Shown piece after piece: positions 27,163 through 36,515 of a DNA stretch of 51,891 bases. This DNA is from a virus. Its lineage: Duplodnaviria > Caudoviricetes. The DNA lies in IMG/VR virus record IMGVR_UViG_3300021363_000006, positions 1-51,891 of that record, one strand, 5' to 3'. The notes below the pieces were generated by a model that was not told the DNA's origin, did no database searches, and worked only from the letters and a program-made list of their open reading frames with translations. The first letter of the stretch is position 1; each line of letters starts with the position of its first letter. The translations under genes were made by a program, and so were the position numbers.

Positions 27163-27191
27163 CCCTGTGGTCTACTGAAAGGTGTAACCCC

Positions 27192-27965
27192 GTGCAGATG
27201 GTATACATCCCACCGTTGCAGATGTTAGATCAGGCAGGCAACTACAGGATGCAGTTGATGCTTCCGCAGTGGGTAGGGAACCTCACGTACGACAAGTTCT
27301 TCAAGTACCGTGCAGGTATGGGTGATCACATCATCCTGGACAATGGTGCCAACGAAGGCTACAAGATCAGCCTGGACCGCTTGTGTACACTCGCCAACAG
27401 GTATGGTGTGTCGGAGCTGGTGCTACCTGACACTATGGGAGACTTCGAGGAGACGCTTGGACAGGCAAAGCTATTCCTTGGCCACTACGCTTCCTCGTGT
27501 CCTAAGTGGACGAAGTTCGGGTTCGTACTTCATGGTGCCAACTATGAGGACGCTGCAAGGAACTTCGCTAAGCTTCGAGGCATCAAGGAGCTGTATGACA
27601 TGATCTCAGTCATCTACATTCCCCGAATGCTTGTCACGAAGAAGGAGCCAGGTGCTCGGATTAGTTTGGCTTACTACATCCATGGACACAACAACAGGTT
27701 CGTCTCGCGTAACCAGGAGAAGCAGATACATCTACTTGGCGCCTCTCCTATCTGTATGACAGAAGTTCGGGATGCGCGTAAGAGCGTGTCAGCCATTCGC
27801 AGCATGGACACGTCTGCTCCGTATGTGTACGCACTAAAGGGAAAGCATGTAGATGATGGCGTAGTCCACAGGGAGCATGACACCTACTTCTACGCCCTCA
27901 TTGACCCTGGTACTCGTAAGCTAGCCCTTCAGAGTTGTGAACTGATGGACAGCTGGGTCAAGTGA
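27192..27965 (+). CDS. TGT-fold protein, DpdA-like DNA 7-deazaguanine transglycosylase
   Basis: IILDNG, VLPD, FVLHG, IHLLG and RSMDTS follow the TGT motif order; lies in the que/folE cluster. Confidence 0.7.
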   Translation: MQMVYIPPLQMLDQAGNYRMQLMLPQWVGNLTYDKFFKYRAGMGDHIILDNGANEGYKISLDRLCTLANRYGVSELVLPDTMGDFEETLGQAKLFLGHYASSCPKWTKFGFVLHGANYEDAARNFAKLRGIKELYDMISVIYIPRMLVTKKEPGARISLAYYIHGHNNRFVSRNQEKQIHLLGASPICMTEVRDARKSVSAIRSMDTSAPYVYALKGKHVDDGVVHREHDTYFYALIDPGTRKLALQSCELMDSWVK

Positions 27966-30355
27966 ACAAGAACCCATTAGCGGACTGTGAGAACTGCCCC
28001 CTTCAAGGAAGAGAGAACGTTTATGTCCCGAGTAGTGGTCCCCCTCGTGCCCAAGTGGCCTTCGTTGGGGAGGCACCAGGCCTCCAAGAGGCCCGCACAG
28101 GTCGTCCGTTCATGGGGCCTTCTGGCGATCTCCTCAATACTGTTATGCGTCATCATGGGATTAAGCGACAGGAGGTCTTGCTGACCAATGCGTGCCTTTG
28201 TCGCCCACCTGATAACGCGACTCCTCCTGCAGTGGCTATCAAAGCATGCCGTCCGCGACTCATTCATGAGCTTGGATCCGCCCAGGTGGAAACGGCAGTT
28301 GCGCTCGGTAACACTGCAGCTCAAGCACTCACGGGTCGCACTGGAGTTACAAAGCTCCGAGTTGGATCGGGTATCCCATCAAGTTTCAATCCGGATCTCC
28401 GTGTTGTCAGCACCCTCCATCCTGCGTACTGTTTGCGAAATGCTGATGGATTCCCTTCGCTCGTCGTCGACGTCGGAAAGGTAGTACACAAAGGTGTCAG
28501 CTTCACTCCTCCCAACTACACAGTCATTCATACTCCGCTTGAAGCCATCCGACTCGCCCGGAAGCTTCTCAGAGGACAGGGACCTCTTGTTGTCGACATT
28601 GAAACTGATGTTGAGAAGGATGTCGGCTTCGGACACCCTAATCAGCACAGTATGTTGTGCATTGGAATCGGTAAGCGAGCTGAAGGATACTTCGTTCTTG
28701 CTGACACTGCACTTAACAAGCGGTCGTATCGTGCGCTGGGAATTCTCCTGCGACGAAGGGGTGTTGTCGAGCAGAATGGAAAGTTTGACAACGCAGGACT
28801 CTACAGGCACGTTGGGCCAGTTCCTCTCAAGTTCGATACGCTCATCGCCAGCTACGTATTCGATGAACGACCGGGCATCCATGGGCTAGAGCATCAGGCA
28901 CAGGAGTATCTCGGAGCTCCTTCTTGGAAGGACGAGATCAAGCAGTATGTTGGTTCCGGTGAGGGTTACGGCAACATCCCGAGAAATATTCTATACAAGT
29001 ACAATGCGTACGATGTATATTGCACGGATCTCTTGCAAGAGATGTGGGAGTTGCGGCTTAGCCACGACCCAGACGCTCGGAGAGTCCACGATTTTCTGGT
29101 GGAAGCATCCAACGAGCTCATGTTTGTGGAGCTCAATGGTATCGCAGTGGACGTTGGATACCTAGATGTCCTAACAGATATGTATACGAAGTCGCTAGGT
29201 GAGATCGAAGCAGGCATTGACAAGATTGTCGAGAAGGGAACCAAAGGTCAGACAGCGTTCGTCAACCCACGTTCGCCTCAACAGGTGAAGAAGGTTATCC
29301 ACCAGATGGGTATAAAGGTGGACTCGACTGACGTAGACCAGCTCAACAAGATCATTGACTACATCAAGCAGCTAGCGCACAAGAAGAGTCTGACTAGAGA
29401 CACTCCCGTAGAGCCCGAACAGTTCCCGCTATACAACTTCGCCGTAGAGCTCCTGCGGCACCGCAGAGAAACGAAGATGTATGGAACCTATGTCAAGGGT
29501 ATTCGTAAGCGGCTATACCGGGGTAGGGTGTACCCAACCTTTCTTCTTCATGGAACGACCACGGGAAGACTTAGTTGTCGTAACCCTAACTTGCAGAACG
29601 TTCCACGAGAGTCAGCAATACGAGATTTGTTCGTCCCAGCTAGAGAGGGCAATGTCTTTGTTCAGACTGACTACAGTCAGGCTGAGTTGCGGGTGCTATC
29701 TTTCCTTGCGGGTGATAAGTACTTCAGAGACATTTTCAATGCAGGGGATCACGATCTCTTCGATGATCTTACTCCGGTGCTATACCCTCACCTCCAATCC
29801 AAAGATGTTGTCGGAGCTGCGAGATGGAAAGAAGTACGTATCCGCATTAAGGCATTCGTCTATGGTCTTGGGTACGGTCGAGGTCATGAGTCTATTGCGG
29901 AAGAGCTTAAGATCCCTACGTCTGAGGCGTACAAACTCAAGCAGAACTTCTTCCGTGTCATCCCAGAGATACAGGCATTCCAATCACAGGTCCAAAGGGA
30001 CATCCTCGCTGGTAAGGATTTGGTTACTCCTTTCGGTAGGCATCGCCGCTTCATGCTTATCACTGATCGTAATCGCCATGAGGTCCTAAAGGAAGGCCTA
30101 GCCTTCAAGCCTCAATCAACCTCTAGCGACCTAACACTACAAGCTATGGTCAACGTCAGAAAGGATCTAAAGGGTTATGGATGGGTTCGAAACATCGTCC
30201 ACGACTCTATCCTCGCCGAGTGTCGAGCTGAAGATGCCGAGGAGGTTGCAGCTCTTATGGATCGGCGCATGCTAGAGTCGGCCCGAAGCGTTGTCGGAGA
30301 CACTGTCAAGTTCGCAACGGAGTCAAAGATTGGGACAACGTGGGGGCAAGTATAG
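27962..30355 (+). CDS. Family A DNA polymerase with N-terminal family-4 uracil-DNA glycosylase domain
   Basis: UDG motifs CENC, VGEAPG, NACLCRPP, LHPAY; exonuclease motifs DIET, NGKFD, YNAYD; polymerase motifs TGRLS, DYSQAELR, KAFVYGLGYG, VHDS. Confidence 0.93.
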   Translation: MNKNPLADCENCPLQGRENVYVPSSGPPRAQVAFVGEAPGLQEARTGRPFMGPSGDLLNTVMRHHGIKRQEVLLTNACLCRPPDNATPPAVAIKACRPRLIHELGSAQVETAVALGNTAAQALTGRTGVTKLRVGSGIPSSFNPDLRVVSTLHPAYCLRNADGFPSLVVDVGKVVHKGVSFTPPNYTVIHTPLEAIRLARKLLRGQGPLVVDIETDVEKDVGFGHPNQHSMLCIGIGKRAEGYFVLADTALNKRSYRALGILLRRRGVVEQNGKFDNAGLYRHVGPVPLKFDTLIASYVFDERPGIHGLEHQAQEYLGAPSWKDEIKQYVGSGEGYGNIPRNILYKYNAYDVYCTDLLQEMWELRLSHDPDARRVHDFLVEASNELMFVELNGIAVDVGYLDVLTDMYTKSLGEIEAGIDKIVEKGTKGQTAFVNPRSPQQVKKVIHQMGIKVDSTDVDQLNKIIDYIKQLAHKKSLTRDTPVEPEQFPLYNFAVELLRHRRETKMYGTYVKGIRKRLYRGRVYPTFLLHGTTTGRLSCRNPNLQNVPRESAIRDLFVPAREGNVFVQTDYSQAELRVLSFLAGDKYFRDIFNAGDHDLFDDLTPVLYPHLQSKDVVGAARWKEVRIRIKAFVYGLGYGRGHESIAEELKIPTSEAYKLKQNFFRVIPEIQAFQSQVQRDILAGKDLVTPFGRHRRFMLITDRNRHEVLKEGLAFKPQSTSSDLTLQAMVNVRKDLKGYGWVRNIVHDSILAECRAEDAEEVAALMDRRMLESARSVVGDTVKFATESKIGTTWGQV

Positions 30356-30370
30356 TGACTGGAGTCTTCG

Positions 30371-30634
30371 ATGGCTGAACACGGAACATACGCAAGGTAC
30401 AAGAAGCACACCCGGGAGAAGGACACTCCCTGCGATGAGTGTCGAGAGGCTTGCCGGGTATACCAGAATGAGTTGTTCGCTCGACACCCTCAGACACATG
30501 AGGCGGAGAAGCTACGTCAGCGAGCAGTTCAAAGGGCTGCAACTCGCCTCAAGCATATGTATCCACTCGACTACGAAGTCTTCTACCAGGATGAGCTACG
30601 AAAGGAGCAGGAGCGTGAGAGGCCAGCTGAGTGA
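30371..30634 (+). CDS. Hypothetical protein (HGT...C..C motif)
   Basis: EHGTYARY...PCDECREA. Confidence 0.6.
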   Translation: MAEHGTYARYKKHTREKDTPCDECREACRVYQNELFARHPQTHEAEKLRQRAVQRAATRLKHMYPLDYEVFYQDELRKEQERERPAE

Positions 30635-30920
30635 TCCAGGAGAGACTCGGACATCTCCAAATGGTTACCACTACACAAAGACCTCAAAGGGCTGGCGGAT
30701 GACCCATCACATCATGATGGAGCAGCACATCGGTCGCCCTATCAAATTGGAGGAGCGTGTTGTCTTCAAGGACAAGGACCGCACCAACCTTGAGGTCGAC
30801 AACCTCGAACTCCAGGTGAAGGGCAGGAGTACTGCTGCACGTGAGCTCGCTAGACTCGAGGCACGTCGGGATGAGCTCGAAGCTAGGATTACTGAGCTTA
30901 GAGAGAAGCTTGAGACTTAG
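30615..30920 (+). CDS. Degenerate HNH-like protein with coiled-coil tail
   Basis: HHIMMEQHIGRPI...VVFKDKDRTNLEVDNLEL resembles the HNH scaffold but lacks the catalytic His. Confidence 0.55.
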   Translation: MRGQLSDPGETRTSPNGYHYTKTSKGWRMTHHIMMEQHIGRPIKLEERVVFKDKDRTNLEVDNLELQVKGRSTAARELARLEARRDELEARITELREKLET

Positions 30921-31018
30921 AGTTAGACCAAGTCTAAGCTATGTCTAACCGAATGAATCGTAGACCCAAGGGAGTAATGAGGGGCAAGATCCTTCACAGG
31001 TTAGACTTACAGAGAGAC
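30911..31018 (-). repeat. Dispersed TTAGAC/GTCTAA element, copy B
   Basis: AGTCTAAGCTATGTCTAACCGAATG and GTTAGACTTACAGAGAGAC are exact reverse complements of blocks in copy A. Confidence 0.85.
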
Positions 31019-31137
31019 CTCGAAACATTGCAGACAGGAGACCACAGGGTGGGCTTAGCTATTGCTTTTGTGGCAGGAGCCGTTGCGGCTTGTGCAGGAT
31101 TACTAATCTGGTTGGCCTACAAGTTTAAGGATATCTG

Positions 31138-31632
31138 GTGAGTGAGTTCGTCTATCGAGTCCTGGCCCTTGATCCAGGAGGCACAACAGGTTGGGCAACG
31201 TACACAACTGAAGCAGAAGGTGTGAAGCCTTACGACCGCTTGGACTTTACCTCTGGACATCTCGGCCCAGAGAAGCACCATCAGGCACTAGAGGTTCTCC
31301 TAGGCAATCAGCGAACAACCTACTTCACTGTGGTCTGTGAGCGCTTTCAGGATCGTGTAGGCGAACACTCAATCAACCTTATGGCTCGGGAGTACATTGG
31401 CGTTGTCGAGAGATGGTGCCAGGAGAACGAGACACAGCTTGTTATGCAGACTCCTGCATATGCCAAGGGCTTCATCCTCGACTACAACTTGAAGGAAGCA
31501 GGTCTCTGGGACGGACCAAAATGGAAGCACGCGAACGATGCAAAGCGACATCTGTTGTCTTACATGATCAATGGTACGCCCCATAGACATGACTGGCTAC
31601 GCAAGATTGGGAAGGGTCCTCATGGCAAGTGA
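31138..31632 (+). CDS. RuvC-like Holliday junction resolvase
   Basis: VLALDPGGTTGWA, VVCERF, HANDA. Confidence 0.75.
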   Translation: MSEFVYRVLALDPGGTTGWATYTTEAEGVKPYDRLDFTSGHLGPEKHHQALEVLLGNQRTTYFTVVCERFQDRVGEHSINLMAREYIGVVERWCQENETQLVMQTPAYAKGFILDYNLKEAGLWDGPKWKHANDAKRHLLSYMINGTPHRHDWLRKIGKGPHGK

Positions 31633-31800
31633 GGACTACATCGAGCTGAAACTAATTGCCTCACTGATGGCAATGTACGGGCGGGACGAACTGACGATGA
31701 CGTTAGGTGAGCTGGACAAGGTCTTCAGCCTCTACGCCCCTGTGGTCTCTACGACGTTCGATGGCCGTGTGTTTGTCCATCTGCTAAGGAGATGACAGAA

Positions 31801-31854
31801 GACTAGCCCTCACCTGCGGTCCCTAGGATCGACCCCTTCAGGTGAGGGCTAGTC
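31801..31854. terminator. Bidirectional terminator at the convergence of the two arms
   Basis: Perfect 16-bp inverted repeat GACTAGCCCTCACCTG...CAGGTGAGGGCTAGTC between convergent stop codons. Confidence 0.8.
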
Positions 31855-31863
31855 GGCTCTGAC

Positions 31864-32193
31864 CTAGACGGTCGGGGTCTCGGGTGCAGGGGTTTCCGCG
31901 TCGAGAGCGTCCAGAGCGTCCAGCTTGGCGTCGATCGCCGAGAAGTCCAGCTCCTCCGGCGGGGTGCCAGCAGCGATCTGGTCCTTCAGGCTCTGGAAGT
32001 CAGCACGAAGATCAGTACTGAGGGTCCCGAGACGGCCAGCGATGATGTTGAGCTTGTCCTGGTTCTCGGACATTACGTTCTCCATTCCTTCGAGTTTCTC
32101 CAGGATGTACACCTGGAGTAGGTAGGTCCGAATCGCAAGGTCACGTTCGGACAGATGGTGCGGCTCTGGGTGACAATGAGGCCTATGGCTCAT
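31864..32193 (-). CDS. Hypothetical coiled-coil protein at the end of the lysis cassette (start uncertain)
   Basis: Open frame with coding-like codons after the holin candidate. Confidence 0.55.
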   Translation of the reverse strand: MSHRPHCHPEPHHLSERDLAIRTYLLQVYILEKLEGMENVMSENQDKLNIIAGRLGTLSTDLRADFQSLKDQIAAGTPPEELDFSAIDAKLDALDALDAETPAPETPTV

Positions 32194-32371
32194 TGCGGAC
32201 CTTGTAGACTCCGACGGATGTAAGGAAGACGACAGCCGCGACGGCATACGTTTTGTAAGGCTCATGAACGAGTCCCGTAGCCAGCACAGCAACCAAACCG
32301 CCAGCGACTGCTGCTCCAAGCTTCTTCGCCTCCGATCTCCACTTGAGCCAGGTAGGCTTGTCAGGTTTCAT
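32183..32371 (-). CDS. Putative holin
   Basis: 62 aa, two TM segments, ends GVYKVRN; directly follows the endolysin. Confidence 0.7.
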   Translation of the reverse strand: MKPDKPTWLKWRSEAKKLGAAVAGGLVAVLATGLVHEPYKTYAVAAVVFLTSVGVYKVRNEP

Positions 32372-33155
32372 CCTTCTTCACCTGCTCCTTCAGCATTCGA
32401 ATGATAGTGTCGAGCTTCCTGTCATCGGCAGCCTGCACTTCTGTGGTGGTCCAGTTCTTGCTCTGGGGTTCACCCTCTACGACAGGCAGGTTGGGAATGA
32501 TGCGCTCTGTCCTAAGCACATCTATGATGAGCTCGCGGATGCTTTTGAGATCATCCTTGTTCAGTGGCATGTGGCCTTCGACTCCTTCCTTGACCCTCGG
32601 GATGACTTCGCGGATGAACTGCTTCACCCTAACAGGTCCAGGACATGTGTGTCCGGCCTTAGACCAGAGTTCTCCTCCCCTGACGAGGTTAGGCGGAACT
32701 CCTTGGTAGTGGTAGGCAAGTCCTCGCCTACCAGGTTTCGTGTCAGGGATCAATACTGGTGGGATGTCGTAGAGGAGACACCACTCTACAATGACCTCAA
32801 CCAGTTTGTCAACCTGTTTCGGGGTCCAGGGTTCAATGTCCTCTGGATGTTGCGGAGCATTGTCAGCTGTCTCGATCGACAAGATATGCCAACTACCCTC
32901 ATAGTTGGCGTCAGCTGTGTGGTTATCGTCTTGAAACTGCCAAGCGACACCATCTAGTCCAGCAGCTGCGTCGGTACCCCACTTGCCGCCGATACCTACG
33001 TGCGACTCGGTACCTGTGTACCCGTTGACCTCAAACATACGCTCAGTCGACTTGAGGTAGCCAACCATCGTATGAACACAGATGATGTCCTTATGTACCA
33101 GGGACGGTTGCCTCTGAGGGCCTAAAGGCCTTTGCGTTGCGCTCTTGAGCCACAT
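32361..33155 (-). CDS. Endolysin, N-acetylmuramoyl-L-alanine amidase (Amidase_2)
   Basis: ICVHT, SIET, AYH and CPG zinc-amidase residues. Confidence 0.88.
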   Translation of the reverse strand: MWLKSATQRPLGPQRQPSLVHKDIICVHTMVGYLKSTERMFEVNGYTGTESHVGIGGKWGTDAAAGLDGVAWQFQDDNHTADANYEGSWHILSIETADNAPQHPEDIEPWTPKQVDKLVEVIVEWCLLYDIPPVLIPDTKPGRRGLAYHYQGVPPNLVRGGELWSKAGHTCPGPVRVKQFIREVIPRVKEGVEGHMPLNKDDLKSIRELIIDVLRTERIIPNLPVVEGEPQSKNWTTTEVQAADDRKLDTIIRMLKEQVKKDET

Positions 33156-33232
33156 GTTCCTCCTCCAACGTCTTGATCCTACCCTCTAGGGTTTCGATGT
33201 ATGACATACTCATACATTCTCTCAGTTCTGCG

Positions 33233-33823
33233 TCAGCTAGGCGCTGTGCCAAGAGCTGTACGGTTCTCTCGAGATTTACGTTCACTAGCCTCAGCCTCCA
33301 GTCGACTCTTCATCACATCTTGCAGACGCTGTCCATGTGACTTCTTGCTGTTCATCCCTCGAGCATGTCGATCTCTACCTACATCTCGGAAGTACTTTGT
33401 CGCTGCCACAGTAGTAGGATCTACATGCTCAAGCAAGAGTGCCTTTGCCTGCTTCAACCCGTCAGATGATGTGCTAGACTCTGCCGCATGGAATAAGGTC
33501 CTCATTCGTCCTGCAGGTGCTCCATGCTCTTGCTTAACAGCTTCGATGTGCCTCATCACTTCCGCATGAGCATCGACAATAGTTGCAGCCGTAACAAGAG
33601 GATGTAGCCCAGGCATGTCAATAAATGGCTCAAGCAAAATCATGTCAAGAACGTCAGGATGTTCCGGCTCAAGGTTATACTCCGCTGCGCGAAGGGATAG
33701 AATTTCCTTTGGCATCCTGTTGATACTCGTTCGTTCGTTTGGAGTACCTTCGTCGTACGTTCTGTAGACAAGTAGGTGCCTTCCATCAGGATCTAGCTCT
33801 GCTTTAGTGATCTTAATGTCCAT
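33233..33823 (-). CDS. Hypothetical protein at the end of the tail module
   Basis: TAATG-coupled to the tail tip gene. Confidence 0.6.
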   Translation of the reverse strand: MDIKITKAELDPDGRHLLVYRTYDEGTPNERTSINRMPKEILSLRAAEYNLEPEHPDVLDMILLEPFIDMPGLHPLVTAATIVDAHAEVMRHIEAVKQEHGAPAGRMRTLFHAAESSTSSDGLKQAKALLLEHVDPTTVAATKYFRDVGRDRHARGMNSKKSHGQRLQDVMKSRLEAEASERKSRENRTALGTAPS

Positions 33824-35496
33824 TACGTAGTCCTAAAGTTGAAGTAGTTTAGTTTAGGTGCGCAGGCAGTAACGCAGTGGATTGTGAATCCTGTAGCGCT
33901 CTCTGCAGAACATCTATCGTCACCCTGAGAAGCTCCAGATAGCTTGAACGAGTAGATTACATTTGGCGTCGAACTGAATGTCGTCCCATAAGATAGGATG
34001 AAGTCAGTATTAGAGCCTGGACTCCACGACCCACAAAACACAAGGGCATCACCGCCAATGACGTTGTCGGCGCTAAACACACCTGACACCCACCATGACT
34101 GGTCATCGAACATTGCGAGCTCAGCTGCAACTGAGCCCGAGTTCTGTACGTTAAGTTTAGCCTGACCACCATTTAAGTCTACGTAGCCGCCATTGATAAC
34201 ACCGTTGGACATGATACCAAGAGTGGCACCAGCACCTGTTAAGGCAAGTCGCCCACCTTCGTTGTTACCTCCAGATGTCCTAAACGACTCGAGGATAATG
34301 CCAGAAGCGTTCGCCATAAACAACCGATGCTTACAAGTCACACTATTGTATGTGAATGCTGCAGTGTTAATACCAACCATTGGGTTGCCTGACCCATCGA
34401 TTGGTGTATTCATAAATGCTGGATTGGTTCCGCTAGCATCATAGAACGTCAAGGTTGTGCGGTCTGCTATAGACGTCATATCGACATATGGGACGCCAGC
34501 CGATGGGAAAGCTGTACGAAATGCTCCAGTAATGGTAACTGCGCCCGTAGAGGCTTTGACGTCGAACGTTTGCTGGCCAGACGAGTTAAACGCCTGAAAC
34601 CCATTCGAGTTCATTTCGGCTCGCGCACCAGTGAGACTAGTTGCAATACGGCCCGAAATAGTAATGATTGCCGAGATAACACCTGCGGTAAGCTTGCCCA
34701 CGCCTAGAGATGCGATATCCCCATCAGCTGCCTGGACAGGCGTTCCAGACCCCGCAGTCGACGCTACGCTTCGATTGCCTACAGTATCAACAGCGACAAG
34801 CCTAGCATACTGTACTGTGCCATAAGCCAAGCCAGTCGCGACCCAAGTTCCACCACCACGTAAAATAGTGCCGACCAGAGTAGCAGTAGAAGGAGTAAAC
34901 GTAGGACTTGAAGTAGAGAGGTGTACTTCACAAAATCTAAAGTCCGTCGGCATAGGGTTGGAGCTAACGTCCAAACCGTTCCAGTCAATCGCGAGCTGCC
35001 CCAGGTATGGAGAGACCACAGGGGTAGCTGGCTGGAATGGTGCAGTCGCGTCAGCAGTAGTAGTGTTACTAATGGAGCTGAAGTTGCCTAGGGTTCCCTT
35101 GACGGTTCTTGCTCGGACACGGAACGTGACGACTTGACTTTGAGTAAACGGCCCAACGTCCGCAAACGTGTCTGTCGTAAAGAGTTCCGCAGTCCAATGC
35201 GTACCATCAAGAGACCAAGACGTAAGGTACCCATCAAGCGCTTCCTTATTGTACTCTGACGGGTCATCTGGAACTGCTGTCCAACTATACCGCATCATGA
35301 CACGATAGTTGTCACCGTCAGTTGTTATAGTCTGGGTCGCAAGAGCTAGTCCAGTAATGGCGAGACTACCAATGACGACGACATCAGTAGAGGGGGCGCC
35401 AGACACACCTCGTTCAAGTCTAGCAATGCGACGCTCTAGCATCTTGTAGTAGTCAGCTAGATCAATCTGGCCTGTGGAGTTGCTGAAGCCTACCAT
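33823..35496 (-). CDS. Minor tail / tail tip protein with FN3-like domains
   Basis: TFRVRART and YARLVAVDTVGNRS FN3-like strands; Gly/Ser/Thr-rich C-terminus; synteny. Confidence 0.75.
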   Translation of the reverse strand: MVGFSNSTGQIDLADYYKMLERRIARLERGVSGAPSTDVVVIGSLAITGLALATQTITTDGDNYRVMMRYSWTAVPDDPSEYNKEALDGYLTSWSLDGTHWTAELFTTDTFADVGPFTQSQVVTFRVRARTVKGTLGNFSSISNTTTADATAPFQPATPVVSPYLGQLAIDWNGLDVSSNPMPTDFRFCEVHLSTSSPTFTPSTATLVGTILRGGGTWVATGLAYGTVQYARLVAVDTVGNRSVASTAGSGTPVQAADGDIASLGVGKLTAGVISAIITISGRIATSLTGARAEMNSNGFQAFNSSGQQTFDVKASTGAVTITGAFRTAFPSAGVPYVDMTSIADRTTLTFYDASGTNPAFMNTPIDGSGNPMVGINTAAFTYNSVTCKHRLFMANASGIILESFRTSGGNNEGGRLALTGAGATLGIMSNGVINGGYVDLNGGQAKLNVQNSGSVAAELAMFDDQSWWVSGVFSADNVIGGDALVFCGSWSPGSNTDFILSYGTTFSSTPNVIYSFKLSGASQGDDRCSAESATGFTIHCVTACAPKLNYFNFRTT

Positions 35497-36515
35497 TACA
35501 GCTCCCTCAGGTCTTGGGTGTACAAGACTATAGTCTCGTCGCCACTCTTGTTGACAGTAACCTGTGCACCCTTATACCTGTACTGCTGATTGATACTGAG
35601 GTACCCATCCAGGATAGTAACCTTGATCTTGTCACCGTACTGAATGACACTCGTGTCGAAGATGTTAATCCCCTGCCCTCGTAGGACAAGAGTTGGATAA
35701 GCGCTCACATCGGATCGCTGATCGCTAACGTGAGTTGTGTACGCAGTCAGCTCATTGGCTGTCGCTGCGTCTTTGAGGGCGTCTGCATACTCTCTTAGAC
35801 CGTACAATGCCCGGTTCGTTGTGTTGATCCCAACGTCGTAGCTAGGATCAGGTCCTTGAACTACAACCCTGTTACGCGTATACTTGCCTTGGATGTTCAG
35901 CGCGTAGGAGCTAATATGCTGAGGATATACCAGGTGCAGACCTCTATCCGTAGCAGGCCTAGGATATATAGCGTTGAAGGCCCTCGTTACAGGATTGATC
36001 CAGAAGTCAAAGCCATCATCTAGCTCTGCGAAGTCCTGAATGGCCTCCAAGATATACTTGCAATCGTACGTAGTCCATGAGATGCTTCTAGTAACACCCG
36101 TACCGAGCGTGCCCGATACAATTCCTAGAGCACCATCAGTTCTAGCTTGAGAGTCACTAATTAGGTCCCACGCAATGTTCACTTGGTCGATTACACTATA
36201 GTCAACATCTTGAATGAGTCTGACGTCTAGATAGTCTTCCAAGCTTTGTGCACTACAGCTCAGAGACCTAGAGTCTGTCGACACTGAGATGTCCCAAAGA
36301 GGTCCTGCGGCGACGCATACTCCATTACGCATCACCCAAACCTCGTGGAGACCTGCCCGAATAGTCGTCATCGACACTAGCTCATGGTAGAGAGGAGTGC
36401 TCCAGCGAATCCCTGTGGTGCCATTAAAGCCTACTTCGAATTGCAGATTGTAAAACGGGATCTTACAAACGAAAGTCCCGTCGCGTAACCTTGTCTCAAG
36501 CCAGTACCTAGTCAT
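35496..36515 (-). CDS. Minor tail protein (baseplate hub / Tal-like)
   Basis: Second gene after the tape measure; YGLRE and YGDKIKV patterns. Confidence 0.75.
   Translation of the reverse strand: MTRYWLETRLRDGTFVCKIPFYNLQFEVGFNGTTGIRWSTPLYHELVSMTTIRAGLHEVWVMRNGVCVAAGPLWDISVSTDSRSLSCSAQSLEDYLDVRLIQDVDYSVIDQVNIAWDLISDSQARTDGALGIVSGTLGTGVTRSISWTTYDCKYILEAIQDFAELDDGFDFWINPVTRAFNAIYPRPATDRGLHLVYPQHISSYALNIQGKYTRNRVVVQGPDPSYDVGINTTNRALYGLREYADALKDAATANELTAYTTHVSDQRSDVSAYPTLVLRGQGINIFDTSVIQYGDKIKVTILDGYLSINQQYRYKGAQVTVNKSGDETIVLYTQDLREL

Noticed and set aside
30291-30614. N-terminal extension of ORF 30291..30920
   Set aside because: It overlaps the polymerase end and the 30371..30634 gene. GTG 30615 has a good RBS.
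30941-31141. Full-length 66-aa ORF
   Set aside because: Its 5' half is repeat copy B. Only the hydrophobic 3' half may be coding, so it was not called.
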